The translations under genes were made by a program, and so were the position numbers. From contig JAAXWF010000002.1 in assembly GCA_013335095.1 (NCBI GenBank), forward strand, positions 269,566 to 333,565: DNA of 64,000 bases, read 5' to 3'. This DNA comes from a candidate division WWE3 bacterium. Lineage in GTDB: Bacteria; Patescibacteriota; 4484-211; GCA-002791395. The notes beneath the pieces were generated by a model, which worked only from the letters and a program-made list of their open reading frames with translations, ran no database searches and had not been told where the DNA came from. Shown piece by piece: positions 45,950-54,809 of this stretch. Numbering within the stretch: position 1 is the stretch's first letter; every line of letters starts with the position of its first letter.

Positions 45950-46513
45950 TTAATTTACTGTTGAATCCGTCTGGGTTGGTTCCTGATAGACAAATTCCAT
46001 ACTAAATCCATATTTAAAATCTTCCTTGTCAAAATTGATTTTAGTCAACTGTACTTTTTGATACTTATCACTAGCCTCATCGACATTTTTTGCATATGTT
46101 GCAAGATCCGGCAGTGTTTCTGCTTTTCCACTTACGGTGAAATTATCTTGATTTTTAAGCTCTACAGATAAAATTTTCACCTTATCACCCGCGCGATTAC
46201 TCAAATCCTCAAGAATCTCGCCATACGGATAGTTTTTGGCAAAAATCTCGCGAATTTTATCGATCTTCAAGTGTATCGATTGCAACGTTCCTTCAACCGT
46301 CTTTTGATCACTAACCCGTGCACGTAAATCGGTAAGTTGATCATTTACATCAGAATATTGACGATTTAAATATACCCGAAAACCAAACATACCAACAATC
46401 ACGACAATGACCACGACGAGAACAGAGGTTGAAAATGACCCAACCAGCATTTGCTGTTTCTCTCGCTTCTGCTGATGTAAAACGTCCTTTGGCAGTAAAT
46501 TAATTGCAGGCAT
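45950..46513 (-). CDS. pilN: Type IV pilus assembly protein PilN
   Basis: MPAINLLPKD is the PilN N-terminal motif. A single TM helix follows. The ORF track extends it to 46567, which would overlap pilM. Confidence 0.7.
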   Translation of the reverse strand: MPAINLLPKDVLHQQKREKQQMLVGSFSTSVLVVVIVVIVGMFGFRVYLNRQYSDVNDQLTDLRARVSDQKTVEGTLQSIHLKIDKIREIFAKNYPYGEILEDLSNRAGDKVKILSVELKNQDNFTVSGKAETLPDLATYAKNVDEASDKYQKVQLTKINFDKEDFKYGFSMEFVYQEPTQTDSTVN

Positions 46514-46514
46514 A

Positions 46515-47585
46515 TTATTTCTTTTCGATAGTACGCATAGCCAATCCGGCCGCAACCGCAAATGCAACCTGATTCTCTAATTGTGATGTTTTACCCGCAT
46601 ATTGTTCTGGCACAACAACAGATTCCCATGGATTGCCGATCTGAACTTCTAAACCTAGAGTCGTAGCAAGGAAAACAACGAGTCCAGGTAACTGTGATGT
46701 ACCACCCGTTAACACAACACGCTTGACTGTATTGTTCGGATTATGGCTTTGGAAATACATAATGGCTCGTTCGACCTCGCTGATAATGACATCAAACACG
46801 GGTTTAATAACTTGCATAATTTTACCTTCAAGTTGATCTTCTAATAATCCGTAGGCTTTTTTATATTCCTCAGCTTGATTCATATCAAAGCCTAATTCCT
46901 GAGAGATAGCCCGAGCCAATGCAGTACCGCCGGTACCGATGCTTCGAGTAAATTGAATAATTCCTTGGCTTACAACAGCTAAATCAGTCGTACTGGCACC
47001 AATTGACATAAGTAGGGTAGTCGGCGCGGTTGCCTCGGCACTAGTTAACGACCGGGCGATCGCTACGATCTCGGTCTCGAATGCAACCGGAATAAGTCCA
47101 GCGTCTTTCACTATTCGCAGATATCGTTCAACTAATGAGTTTGGAGCCGCAACTAACAACACTTTAATTTTTGGTTTTTTGGGATCTTTTGATTTTAAAC
47201 TTTGTTCTAAAAGTTCTTTATCCAATACCATCCAACTCAATCGAATTTCAGAAAGAGGCATTGGTATGTATTGTTCGGCTTGCCATTCGATCGCATGAGC
47301 AAGCTCCTCTTCGCTAACCGCAGGGACTTCAATAACACGGGTAAATACTAAACTCTCGGGGAAAGCCGTCACCATTCGTTTCGATTCGATACGACTCTCT
47401 GCAACTATTTCTTTAATATTTTTGCTTAATTCGCGTTGGTCTACATCTGACTCAGAAAATATAGCCCCAGATGGGGTTGGATGATATCCAAATGTCTTTA
47501 AGTAGAATCGGCCATCTTTACGAGCTAATTCAACTACTTTTAGTGAGTTGGATCCAATGTCCAGTCCAAAAAAATCTTCTTGCAT
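46515..47585 (-). CDS. pilM: Type IV pilus assembly protein PilM (actin-like ATPase fold)
   Basis: FGLDIGSNSLKVVEL is the N-terminal actin-fold phosphate-1 motif. The length of 356 aa fits PilM. Confidence 0.85.
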   Translation of the reverse strand: MQEDFFGLDIGSNSLKVVELARKDGRFYLKTFGYHPTPSGAIFSESDVDQRELSKNIKEIVAESRIESKRMVTAFPESLVFTRVIEVPAVSEEELAHAIEWQAEQYIPMPLSEIRLSWMVLDKELLEQSLKSKDPKKPKIKVLLVAAPNSLVERYLRIVKDAGLIPVAFETEIVAIARSLTSAEATAPTTLLMSIGASTTDLAVVSQGIIQFTRSIGTGGTALARAISQELGFDMNQAEEYKKAYGLLEDQLEGKIMQVIKPVFDVIISEVERAIMYFQSHNPNNTVKRVVLTGGTSQLPGLVVFLATTLGLEVQIGNPWESVVVPEQYAGKTSQLENQVAFAVAAGLAMRTIEKK

Positions 47586-47672
47586 AGGCAGTTTAAAACC
47601 ATGAGATAAATACTGTAAACATATTTATACTTTACAGATACCTCTTTTTTAGTCTATGCTACAATAAAATCA

Positions 47673-48026
47673 ATGTCAAGAGAAGCTGGATTAACCACTA
47701 ATTATGATCGAAGTAAATTAATTATTTTAGCTGGTACTTTTGGGACAACATTAATATTACTTGGTATTTTTACCTATCTTTTCACCTCGACAAATTATCG
47801 TACAGAAACGGAGAATGAACGGAAACATGAAAATGCCACACAGACTGATCCAATTGAAGAAATTACAATAGTGCCAACTGCCGAGGTTCTCAATTTGCCG
47901 ACACCACTACCAAATCCGACACTTACTAAGGAACAACAACAAGAATTAATATCAGGCATTAAACAGCTAAATGTTCCTCCCGAGGGTTTAAAAGAGATTG
48001 AAGATTATTTCAATTCACAAAAATAA
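47673..48026 (+). CDS. Hypothetical membrane-anchored protein
   Basis: A 117-aa ORF with one TM helix and a Pro/Thr-rich segment. Confidence 0.4.
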   Translation: MSREAGLTTNYDRSKLIILAGTFGTTLILLGIFTYLFTSTNYRTETENERKHENATQTDPIEEITIVPTAEVLNLPTPLPNPTLTKEQQQELISGIKQLNVPPEGLKEIEDYFNSQK

Positions 48027-48030
48027 AAAA

Positions 48031-49983
48031 TTACGGCTTCTCTATTTCTTGCCAACTATACTTCATACCCTGATTAGTTAAATAACTCGCCAGAGTAGAG
48101 TCGAGTAAATAACCAGGCTGCCAGTTGAACAATTCAGAAGGAGTGTTCAAATTACTGTCGCCACTGCCATCGCCTAAATCACGAGGTAAGACGTATCCGC
48201 TTAAGGCTAGAACAGCACCATTCACAGTCAAAGGACGATGTGAACTTCCTGATGAATCTGATTCGAATTGATTAGTAACGATATACACCCCACCAAACTC
48301 TTCAACATTCGGTAAGACGGTCATATCACCTTCAATTAAATACACAGTATGATTTGAAATACTTACGGGTAGATCCTCCATAACCGTAACATCGCCGGTA
48401 ACAATCACAACAGCAGAAACACTGGCCCCGTCATAGCCAGTAGGAATGGTTTGACTCTTTATATCAAAATCGTCATTAACGATATAAATACCATTTGTAG
48501 TTGGAAGCTGATCTCCTGGTAAGGGTAAAGCCTGGAGCTTTATATCATCGTAGTTGGGCAAAATACTTACAATCTGAGACGAACCAGAGACGGCATGGAT
48601 ATAAGTTTCATCATACCAATCTGGATCATCAGCAAATGTGACAATATCAGTTGCACTAAAGGCTTCGGCTGGGGAATGATTTTCACCTGTGGCAGGGTAG
48701 GGGATCGAAATTTCACCATCGATGTAAATAGAACCCGTTGCCTTAATCCATGGAGAAGCGATCTCGTATACCGGACTATCACTTGAATTTCCAGCCATAT
48801 CAGCAATCCTAAATTGGACACGAAATGGACGATCAGCATTGTCACCAAAGTTCAGTTCTGGTGTTTGTAATTTGACATAGTTGGTAGCCCCATCACTGGC
48901 TGCAACTCCATTAGAGACATTCGTGATCGAAGATACAGGACTCCAATTACTCCAAAACTGATTATTATATTTTGTATAATATCGATATTCTGCCGTTGAA
49001 ACATCTGCGCCACTAGACTGATCAACTACATCGGCCGAAGTTGTAAAACATACAGCACATCCACCATTTATGCTGGCAAATGTTTGCCAGGGATTGGGAA
49101 TCACTGTATCTTTCTTCAACGAGGTTGTTTTCTCGGCTTCAGTATTATTATCGTTATCCCGGCTATAGTAGTGAAGAGTATGGTTGCCTTCAGTACTTTG
49201 AGTGAAGTTAACTTGAGCGTTTGTGTTCACACCAGATGTTTGGATATTATCCCAATACACAATGGCTGCAGGAGTACCAATAGCTCCAACCTTTAAATAA
49301 ATATAATTCGTATCAGATGGAACCGTAAACTGAGCAGTGGCATTGCGCCATCCCCAAATAAATCCTTCAAGATGCTCGGATGACGCAAGTAATTGATCAT
49401 TAGTACCGTTTTGACGTTGTCCCCATACTTCAAAATATGCATAATCACCAGGAAACATGACGGTACGCGCCCAGGCACTTATTTGGACAACTTGGCCTGG
49501 TGTAAATGCCACCGCTTTAGATTCGTTACTCCAGTAATAAAATGTAGAACTAAGCCCGACGAATGCAATTGCAGCGGTCTTATTGCCGTCATAAGGACTC
49601 ACATTACTCTGATAGTACAGAACGAGTCCACCTGGTCCCTGATTCCAGTTGCTAATATTTAGAAAGGATCCTTGTTCATACGATGGATTTAGAAATGTCG
49701 GAGCCGAGCTGGTAGGAAAATTCACAGTAGTAGGTGCGGCTGAATCAATCCAATACGTAGTAGACATGGGACCACTTCCACTGTCCGTCACATCCAGTGT
49801 GACATCAATATTACTTCGATACCATCCTGATTGTCCTGCAGTACCACTTAGTGATGATGAAGTTACTGGTGGTGTAGTTTCGGCTTTAATTTCGCTTACA
49901 CAAAAACATAAAAACAGCAGTAATACGGTATTTAAAATTAATAATGATCTACGTGTTAAAAGGCAGTATTTTTGATGATACAT
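48031..49983 (-). CDS. Large secreted hypothetical protein at the distal end of the minor-pilin operon (candidate pilus-associated adhesin)
   Basis: A 650-aa ORF with a signal peptide MYHQKYCLLTRRSLLILNTVLLLFLCFCVSEIKA. It is rich in Ser, Thr, Asn and Gly and predicted to be mostly beta. It is co-oriented with the prepilin genes. Confidence 0.55.
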   Translation of the reverse strand: MYHQKYCLLTRRSLLILNTVLLLFLCFCVSEIKAETTPPVTSSSLSGTAGQSGWYRSNIDVTLDVTDSGSGPMSTTYWIDSAAPTTVNFPTSSAPTFLNPSYEQGSFLNISNWNQGPGGLVLYYQSNVSPYDGNKTAAIAFVGLSSTFYYWSNESKAVAFTPGQVVQISAWARTVMFPGDYAYFEVWGQRQNGTNDQLLASSEHLEGFIWGWRNATAQFTVPSDTNYIYLKVGAIGTPAAIVYWDNIQTSGVNTNAQVNFTQSTEGNHTLHYYSRDNDNNTEAEKTTSLKKDTVIPNPWQTFASINGGCAVCFTTSADVVDQSSGADVSTAEYRYYTKYNNQFWSNWSPVSSITNVSNGVAASDGATNYVKLQTPELNFGDNADRPFRVQFRIADMAGNSSDSPVYEIASPWIKATGSIYIDGEISIPYPATGENHSPAEAFSATDIVTFADDPDWYDETYIHAVSGSSQIVSILPNYDDIKLQALPLPGDQLPTTNGIYIVNDDFDIKSQTIPTGYDGASVSAVVIVTGDVTVMEDLPVSISNHTVYLIEGDMTVLPNVEEFGGVYIVTNQFESDSSGSSHRPLTVNGAVLALSGYVLPRDLGDGSGDSNLNTPSELFNWQPGYLLDSTLASYLTNQGMKYSWQEIEKP

Positions 49984-49997
49984 TAAATTTCATTACG

Positions 49998-50807
49998 TTA
50001 CTTTGAGAGTGATCCTGATGCCGAAAATAATACATAATCAAGAATAGCTGGTGGAACAGGAGCACTACGTTGTAATTGAACTGTACGCTCTGTCTCTCCA
50101 GACTGACCAGTCGCTTTAACAATAGTACTCTGAGTTGGTATTGTAGTACCGGCAAGAGGAGTAACGGAGAGATCTGAATCTCCATACATCACCCGGAAGC
50201 GCAAGATTTTGTCCGTAGCACCATTTACATTAAATTGTTGCTGACAAACGCCACTTGCTGCAGAGCTTTGAGTAAAACCATTTCCGGGATTAAATCCACA
50301 GTTGTATGCCCAACGCTCAACATTATAATTGGGACTGGTACCACTAATCTTAGTAACAACGATAGCGGTGTTAGCATCCCACTGAACGCGAACCTGTCCA
50401 GTACCGCAGCTGGCACAATCTAAATTAAGTTGGGCAACATCATCTTTTTTCAAATTATTAACTTGAAGCGTTGTATCGGGCTGAACAGTAACTTGTTTAA
50501 TAGTTGATCCACTGTCTAAATTTTTAGGATTAATTGTTGGAACAGGAGTACCTTGTTCAATTTTAAGAATAGCTTCTTCAACACCGGCTTCGGCAGCAGA
50601 GAAGGCTCGATTCGTTTCTTCGGTAGTTGCTGTTGATTCAAGATTTCTGAATGTAGTACCGGCAATAGATAACGCAATGGTTAACCCGACAATAACGATT
50701 AATAGTATAACCACTAATATTTGTCCTTGTTTAGCCGAACGGTCGGTAAAGATAAGATTCATGTATACTTCAACTTTAGTAATTTCTCGAATAAATGTCA
50801 AACACAT
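49998..50807 (-). CDS. Minor pilin-like protein (PilX-like), hydrophobic N-terminal helix
   Basis: The likely start is the ATG at 50762 (MNLIFTDRSAKQGQILVVILLIVIVGL). It follows three prepilin genes on the same strand. Confidence 0.5.
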   Translation of the reverse strand: MCLTFIREITKVEVYMNLIFTDRSAKQGQILVVILLIVIVGLTIALSIAGTTFRNLESTATTEETNRAFSAAEAGVEEAILKIEQGTPVPTINPKNLDSGSTIKQVTVQPDTTLQVNNLKKDDVAQLNLDCASCGTGQVRVQWDANTAIVVTKISGTSPNYNVERWAYNCGFNPGNGFTQSSAASGVCQQQFNVNGATDKILRFRVMYGDSDLSVTPLAGTTIPTQSTIVKATGQSGETERTVQLQRSAPVPPAILDYVLFSASGSLSK

Positions 50808-50828
50808 CTATTCAAACAATTACATTAC

Positions 50829-51434
50829 TTAATATCCGCGAGTTAACACACTTCTTTCAAATTGTTGTGATGCTTGCTGTTCCGGATCCGAAAGAGATGG
50901 TTCCTGCCTTAACACAAGAGAAATCCGGACCTGGTCGGGTGAATCGTCATTTTCAGTTACATCATATGACGCTGAAGAAACTTCAACAGTTGTGCTTGTC
51001 AGTACACAAGGATTACCGGAAGGGCACAGTGATGTACCGTCGCAAGAAGAAGTTGTTTTCCGAATAGAATTACTTGGATCATCATAATACAGCTCAACTT
51101 GAGTGCATCCACCATTACTTGAATACTCTAAGTTCCCCGCCTGACGGGGAATCGTTAAACGAACACCCGACGGGCTGGCTATTTCAACCGCATTACTCGC
51201 ATTACGAATAGTTCTAACCATTTGCTCCATGACACGAGAACCTTCTTGATTAACGGTACTAACAACATTTGCTTTGTCATAGGCTGAGCTTAGGGATAAA
51301 AAGATAGATATTGATATACCTGCAATAATCGACATGACCCCAATCGAAACCAGAATCTCAATTAAGGTAAAACCTTCAACTTTTTTATTAAAAAAATCAC
51401 CCGGTGTAATCATAGCAGTAGCTCCATCAAACAC
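50829..51434 (-). CDS. Type IV prepilin-like protein (minor pilin)
   Basis: The class III signal is KKVEG|FTLIEILVSIGVMSIIAG, with Glu at +5. Confidence 0.75.
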   Translation of the reverse strand: MFDGATAMITPGDFFNKKVEGFTLIEILVSIGVMSIIAGISISIFLSLSSAYDKANVVSTVNQEGSRVMEQMVRTIRNASNAVEIASPSGVRLTIPRQAGNLEYSSNGGCTQVELYYDDPSNSIRKTTSSCDGTSLCPSGNPCVLTSTTVEVSSASYDVTENDDSPDQVRISLVLRQEPSLSDPEQQASQQFERSVLTRGY

Positions 51435-51937
51435 TAATTTTTCCAGCGTGTCAAAATAGTACTTGTAGAAACGTTTGAATAGGTTCCTTCATTATTCCAG
51501 AAGACATATGCGGTAACATCTTTGGCATTTGTTAATCCAGTGGTATTTCGAATATTCACGACCCGCCAAAAAGTAATTGGCGCACCGCTCAGGGACATAC
51601 TAACCTCGCAACTATTTGATGCAGGAGGGGAAAAGGGTGTCGAAGTTGGATTACAATTTGATGAAGTGAACGCATCGGTAGTTGTATTAATTGAGTAATT
51701 TCCAGAAAGGGTGAAAAAGGTATTCGGATCATTGTCACGAATATAGCGAGAGATTTCGAGTGATTCATCTGCTAGCTGTAAAGCGATTGCTCGGGTTCGT
51801 GAAGAATCAGCTGTTCGAAGTGAAGATATACCCAACTGTACAAGCGCCGCGCCTACTAATAATAACAATCCAGCAGCGATAACAATTTCGATTAATGAAA
51901 TTCCCGTATTATTTAGGCGAAAGGTCTTCATGGGCAA
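51434..51937 (-). CDS. Type IV prepilin-like protein (minor pilin)
   Basis: The class III signal is NNTG|ISLIEIVIAAGLLLLVGA, with Glu at +5. Confidence 0.7.
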   Translation of the reverse strand: MPMKTFRLNNTGISLIEIVIAAGLLLLVGAALVQLGISSLRTADSSRTRAIALQLADESLEISRYIRDNDPNTFFTLSGNYSINTTTDAFTSSNCNPTSTPFSPPASNSCEVSMSLSGAPITFWRVVNIRNTTGLTNAKDVTAYVFWNNEGTYSNVSTSTILTRWKN

Positions 51938-52377
51938 AAGCTGTTAGCATTCTGACACGCCAATGATCCGCCACACACGCGAAAGGTTGATGGGGTAGAT
52001 CGTTCCATTGTTGCAGATAACTGAAAACACTTTTGATTGGCACTTACCGAATAGGTATAGGCAGTACTACCTGGATCGGTAGGAAAACTATCTAGGTACG
52101 GAGATAGGGGAGTCTGCAAACTACTGTATGCGACGTTTGGATAGACTCGGCCATTATCTAAATAATATTGTTCTAGTGCACCCCGTACTGACTGTAAGTC
52201 GCTTTGTCGACGAGTATCTCGCCCACGACCAAAAAAGTATGACGGATTTAATACGCTGAGTGTAAGAGTAGCCAAAATCCCCAAGATAACGATGACCACT
52301 AATAATTCAACCAATGTGAATCCGTGGTTAAAAGATGTTTTCTTAAAAGAGGTGTTTAAATTAAGGCGAGTGTTCAC
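51928..52377 (-). CDS. Type IV prepilin-like protein (minor pilin, long leader)
   Basis: The class III signal is SFNHG|FTLVELLVVIVILGILA. Confidence 0.75.
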   Translation of the reverse strand: MNTRLNLNTSFKKTSFNHGFTLVELLVVIVILGILATLTLSVLNPSYFFGRGRDTRRQSDLQSVRGALEQYYLDNGRVYPNVAYSSLQTPLSPYLDSFPTDPGSTAYTYSVSANQKCFQLSATMERSTPSTFRVCGGSLACQNANSFCP

Positions 52378-52408
52378 AATTTTTATTGATACCTACAATT
52401 TGAGAGTA

Positions 52409-53230
52409 CTAAACCCTCGTAAACATTGTCAAGTATAACTGCAGCAACCGCTCTCCCCACAATAGTGCAATATAGCCACCTAATGCAAGAAACGGGCCAA
52501 ATGGAATGGTTTGCCCAAAGCGTTTCTTACCGCTAATCAAAAGAATAACTGCGTAAAAGCCGCCAATAATAAACGATACATATATCGCAATGAGTGTTTG
52601 AGGATGCCCCAAAATTAGTCCCATGGCGAATGCAAGCTTCACATCGCCACCCCCCATACCTTTCCCCTTAGTAATCCATACGATTGAGTAAAAAAACATA
52701 CCGGCAAGAACCGCCGATGTTATCGAAGAAAGAAAGGGGAGTATAAATGCACCTGGATACAAAGCGACTCCCATAGTAATAGCAAAAATCAGGCGCAACA
52801 CAGTCCCCAAAAAGAATATCGCACAATTCGCGACAACTAATTCATCCGGAATAATTCCATGCTTAATGTCTATGACGGTAAGAATAATTAACGTACTTAT
52901 AAAAAAAAGATTCATAACAAATGTAATCGGATCGACATAGAGCTGCAGTTGATTGAAAAGGTAGTATACGACAAACAAAATTCCTGTAGAAAGTTCGAGC
53001 AGTGGATACTGCCATGACAATACAGCGTGACATGTTTTGCATTTGCCTCCCAAAACTAAAAAGGATAACAATGGAATCATTTCGTACCATTGCAAAGATC
53101 TCTTACAGGCGTCGCATCGCGAGCGTCCGTAGAAAAATTGTTCGCCAACTGGCAATCTTTCAATGATCACATTTAGAAAAGATCCAACAAATAACCCGAA
53201 AAAGCCGATTAAGGTAATCATTAGTTTCAA
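52409..53230 (-). CDS. pilD: Prepilin peptidase (A24 family) PilD
   Basis: The N-terminal zinc knuckle reads CDACKRSL...CKTC. It has about 8 TM helices and the conserved aspartates of family A24. Confidence 0.8.
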   Translation of the reverse strand: MKLMITLIGFFGLFVGSFLNVIIERLPVGEQFFYGRSRCDACKRSLQWYEMIPLLSFLVLGGKCKTCHAVLSWQYPLLELSTGILFVVYYLFNQLQLYVDPITFVMNLFFISTLIILTVIDIKHGIIPDELVVANCAIFFLGTVLRLIFAITMGVALYPGAFILPFLSSITSAVLAGMFFYSIVWITKGKGMGGGDVKLAFAMGLILGHPQTLIAIYVSFIIGGFYAVILLISGKKRFGQTIPFGPFLALGGYIALLWGERLLQLYLTMFTRV

Positions 53231-53324
53231 TTAATATGTATACTTTATTAATAATAGATTATTCAACCAAATACGAACATATCATATATTATTATGATTG
53301 ACGCGTTAAAACCAGCAAGGTAGC

Positions 53325-53873
53325 ATGAATACAATGATAATGAGTGAAGTGCTGTATCAAAATAAAGGATTTTCTATGTATAGTCTAATAACCACAATTG
53401 GCATTATACTTATCGCCATTAGTTTAAGTATCAATATTTATGATCCGGCTAAACAAATAATCCAAGCCAGAGACAAAACAAGATTTGAGAATATTAAGCA
53501 AATTATTGCGGCAGCGGAACGATACACTACTGTAAAAAAAGAAACACCCAATTGTGATCGGCTTGAAGATTGCCCCACAAACTTTCCCGTCACGGATAGT
53601 GATGAATTTAGTAATTCCCTAAAACGAGAAGCATTTATATCAGCTATGCCGATAGATCCTGATACATCGAAAAACGATCTATGTACCTATCAAGCATATT
53701 TATATCCTTCGAGTTCAAATAAATATTTTGTTCGTTGGTGTTACGAATCATGGACAGAAGATAATATTAATCAGTTGAATGCGCAACCCAATTCGTACAA
53801 TTGCAGTTGGGTTAGAGAAAAATCTATTGCCTTGTGTTACGGCGGTCCGGGGTATGAAATACCGCAACCATAA
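53325..53873 (+). CDS. Hypothetical pilin-like protein on the opposite strand (prepilin-like N-terminus lacking Glu+5)
   Basis: NKG|FSMYSLITTIGIILIAISL resembles a class III signal with Tyr at +5 instead of Glu. The C-terminal domain is Cys-rich. Confidence 0.4.
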   Translation: MNTMIMSEVLYQNKGFSMYSLITTIGIILIAISLSINIYDPAKQIIQARDKTRFENIKQIIAAAERYTTVKKETPNCDRLEDCPTNFPVTDSDEFSNSLKREAFISAMPIDPDTSKNDLCTYQAYLYPSSSNKYFVRWCYESWTEDNINQLNAQPNSYNCSWVREKSIALCYGGPGYEIPQP

Positions 53874-53875
53874 AT

Positions 53876-54121
53876 ATGAATAATATACTTCTATTACTGC
53901 AACAATATAATCTTTTTATTTTTAGTGTTGGGACAATTTTTACCGGCATAGGGCTTTATCATTCGTTTACGACTAAACCGACAGCCGAATTGCCAAAACA
54001 GAAATCATTTGTCCAGACACAAATTCAATCGAAAAAGGCAGATACACTCAATATTTATCCTAAACGTAATCCGACTATCCTGGACAAGATACTAAAAAGA
54101 TTCCTAAACTCAGATCATTAA
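53876..54121 (+). CDS. Hypothetical small membrane protein
   Basis: An 81-aa ORF with one TM helix, immediately downstream of 53325. Confidence 0.35.
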   Translation: MNNILLLLQQYNLFIFSVGTIFTGIGLYHSFTTKPTAELPKQKSFVQTQIQSKKADTLNIYPKRNPTILDKILKRFLNSDH

Positions 54122-54195
54122 AACATTTCTATATTAGTTCACTACCCATTGCATGAAATTAAATAATTAAAATGGTTCTTTAGTATTTAATGCTT

Positions 54196-54230
54196 GTATA
54201 TAAAACAAAGAGCCGTTAATACGGCTCTTT
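54196..54230 (-). terminator. Rho-independent terminator of the pilin gene
   Basis: On the minus strand, a 9-bp stem AAAGAGCCG / CGGCTCTTT with loop ttaata is followed by GTTTTATATA. Confidence 0.7.
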
Positions 54231-54266
54231 GAGTAAACATTGGTAATTACCAATAACGTTAAATCA

Positions 54267-54695
54267 TCACGGTGCGCTTAATGTACCGCATTCAACAGCA
54301 CTTAAGCCTGTTGCTGTTCGATATACCCAGTATTTTGTACCGGTACCGACCGAACATGTCGCGGAAGCCGCATTTAACTGTTTAGAGATATGTGCTTGAG
54401 TACCTCCAGCGTTAACAGTAATGGTTATACCGGATGGTGCCCGTTTCAAATATCCAGACGAAACCAAACCAGCAAGAGTAGCACCAGTATAACTACCGTT
54501 ACTATTGGTATATAAACTTTCTAATGCAGTTGCAACCTGAGAAACGTCATTTTTGGCACCTGCATCGTTTGCCTCGTTAATTCGTTCCCGAGGGTCGATC
54601 GCAACTAAGACTACCGCAGCCAAGATACCAAGAACGGCGATAACGACTAAAAGTTCGATTAAAGTAAAACCTTTTGTATTTTTAGGCAGTCTCAT
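54267..54695 (-). CDS. pilA: Type IVa major pilin (PilA-like)
   Basis: MRLPKNTKG|FTLIELLVVIAVLGILAAVV has a short leader and Glu at +5. A strong SD AAAGGGGGTGA lies 5 nt upstream. Its terminator is strong. The ORF track extends it to the GTG at 54704. Confidence 0.85.
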   Translation of the reverse strand: MRLPKNTKGFTLIELLVVIAVLGILAAVVLVAIDPRERINEANDAGAKNDVSQVATALESLYTNSNGSYTGATLAGLVSSGYLKRAPSGITITVNAGGTQAHISKQLNAASATCSVGTGTKYWVYRTATGLSAVECGTLSAP

Positions 54696-54809
54696 GTCAA
54701 TCACCCCCTTTCGGGGAAGTTCGCATAATCCACAATACTAAATTCATCATGTAATTTAACTGAACTTAGTATTACGTATTATGATCTCGAACAATTCAAT
54801 ATTTTCATA

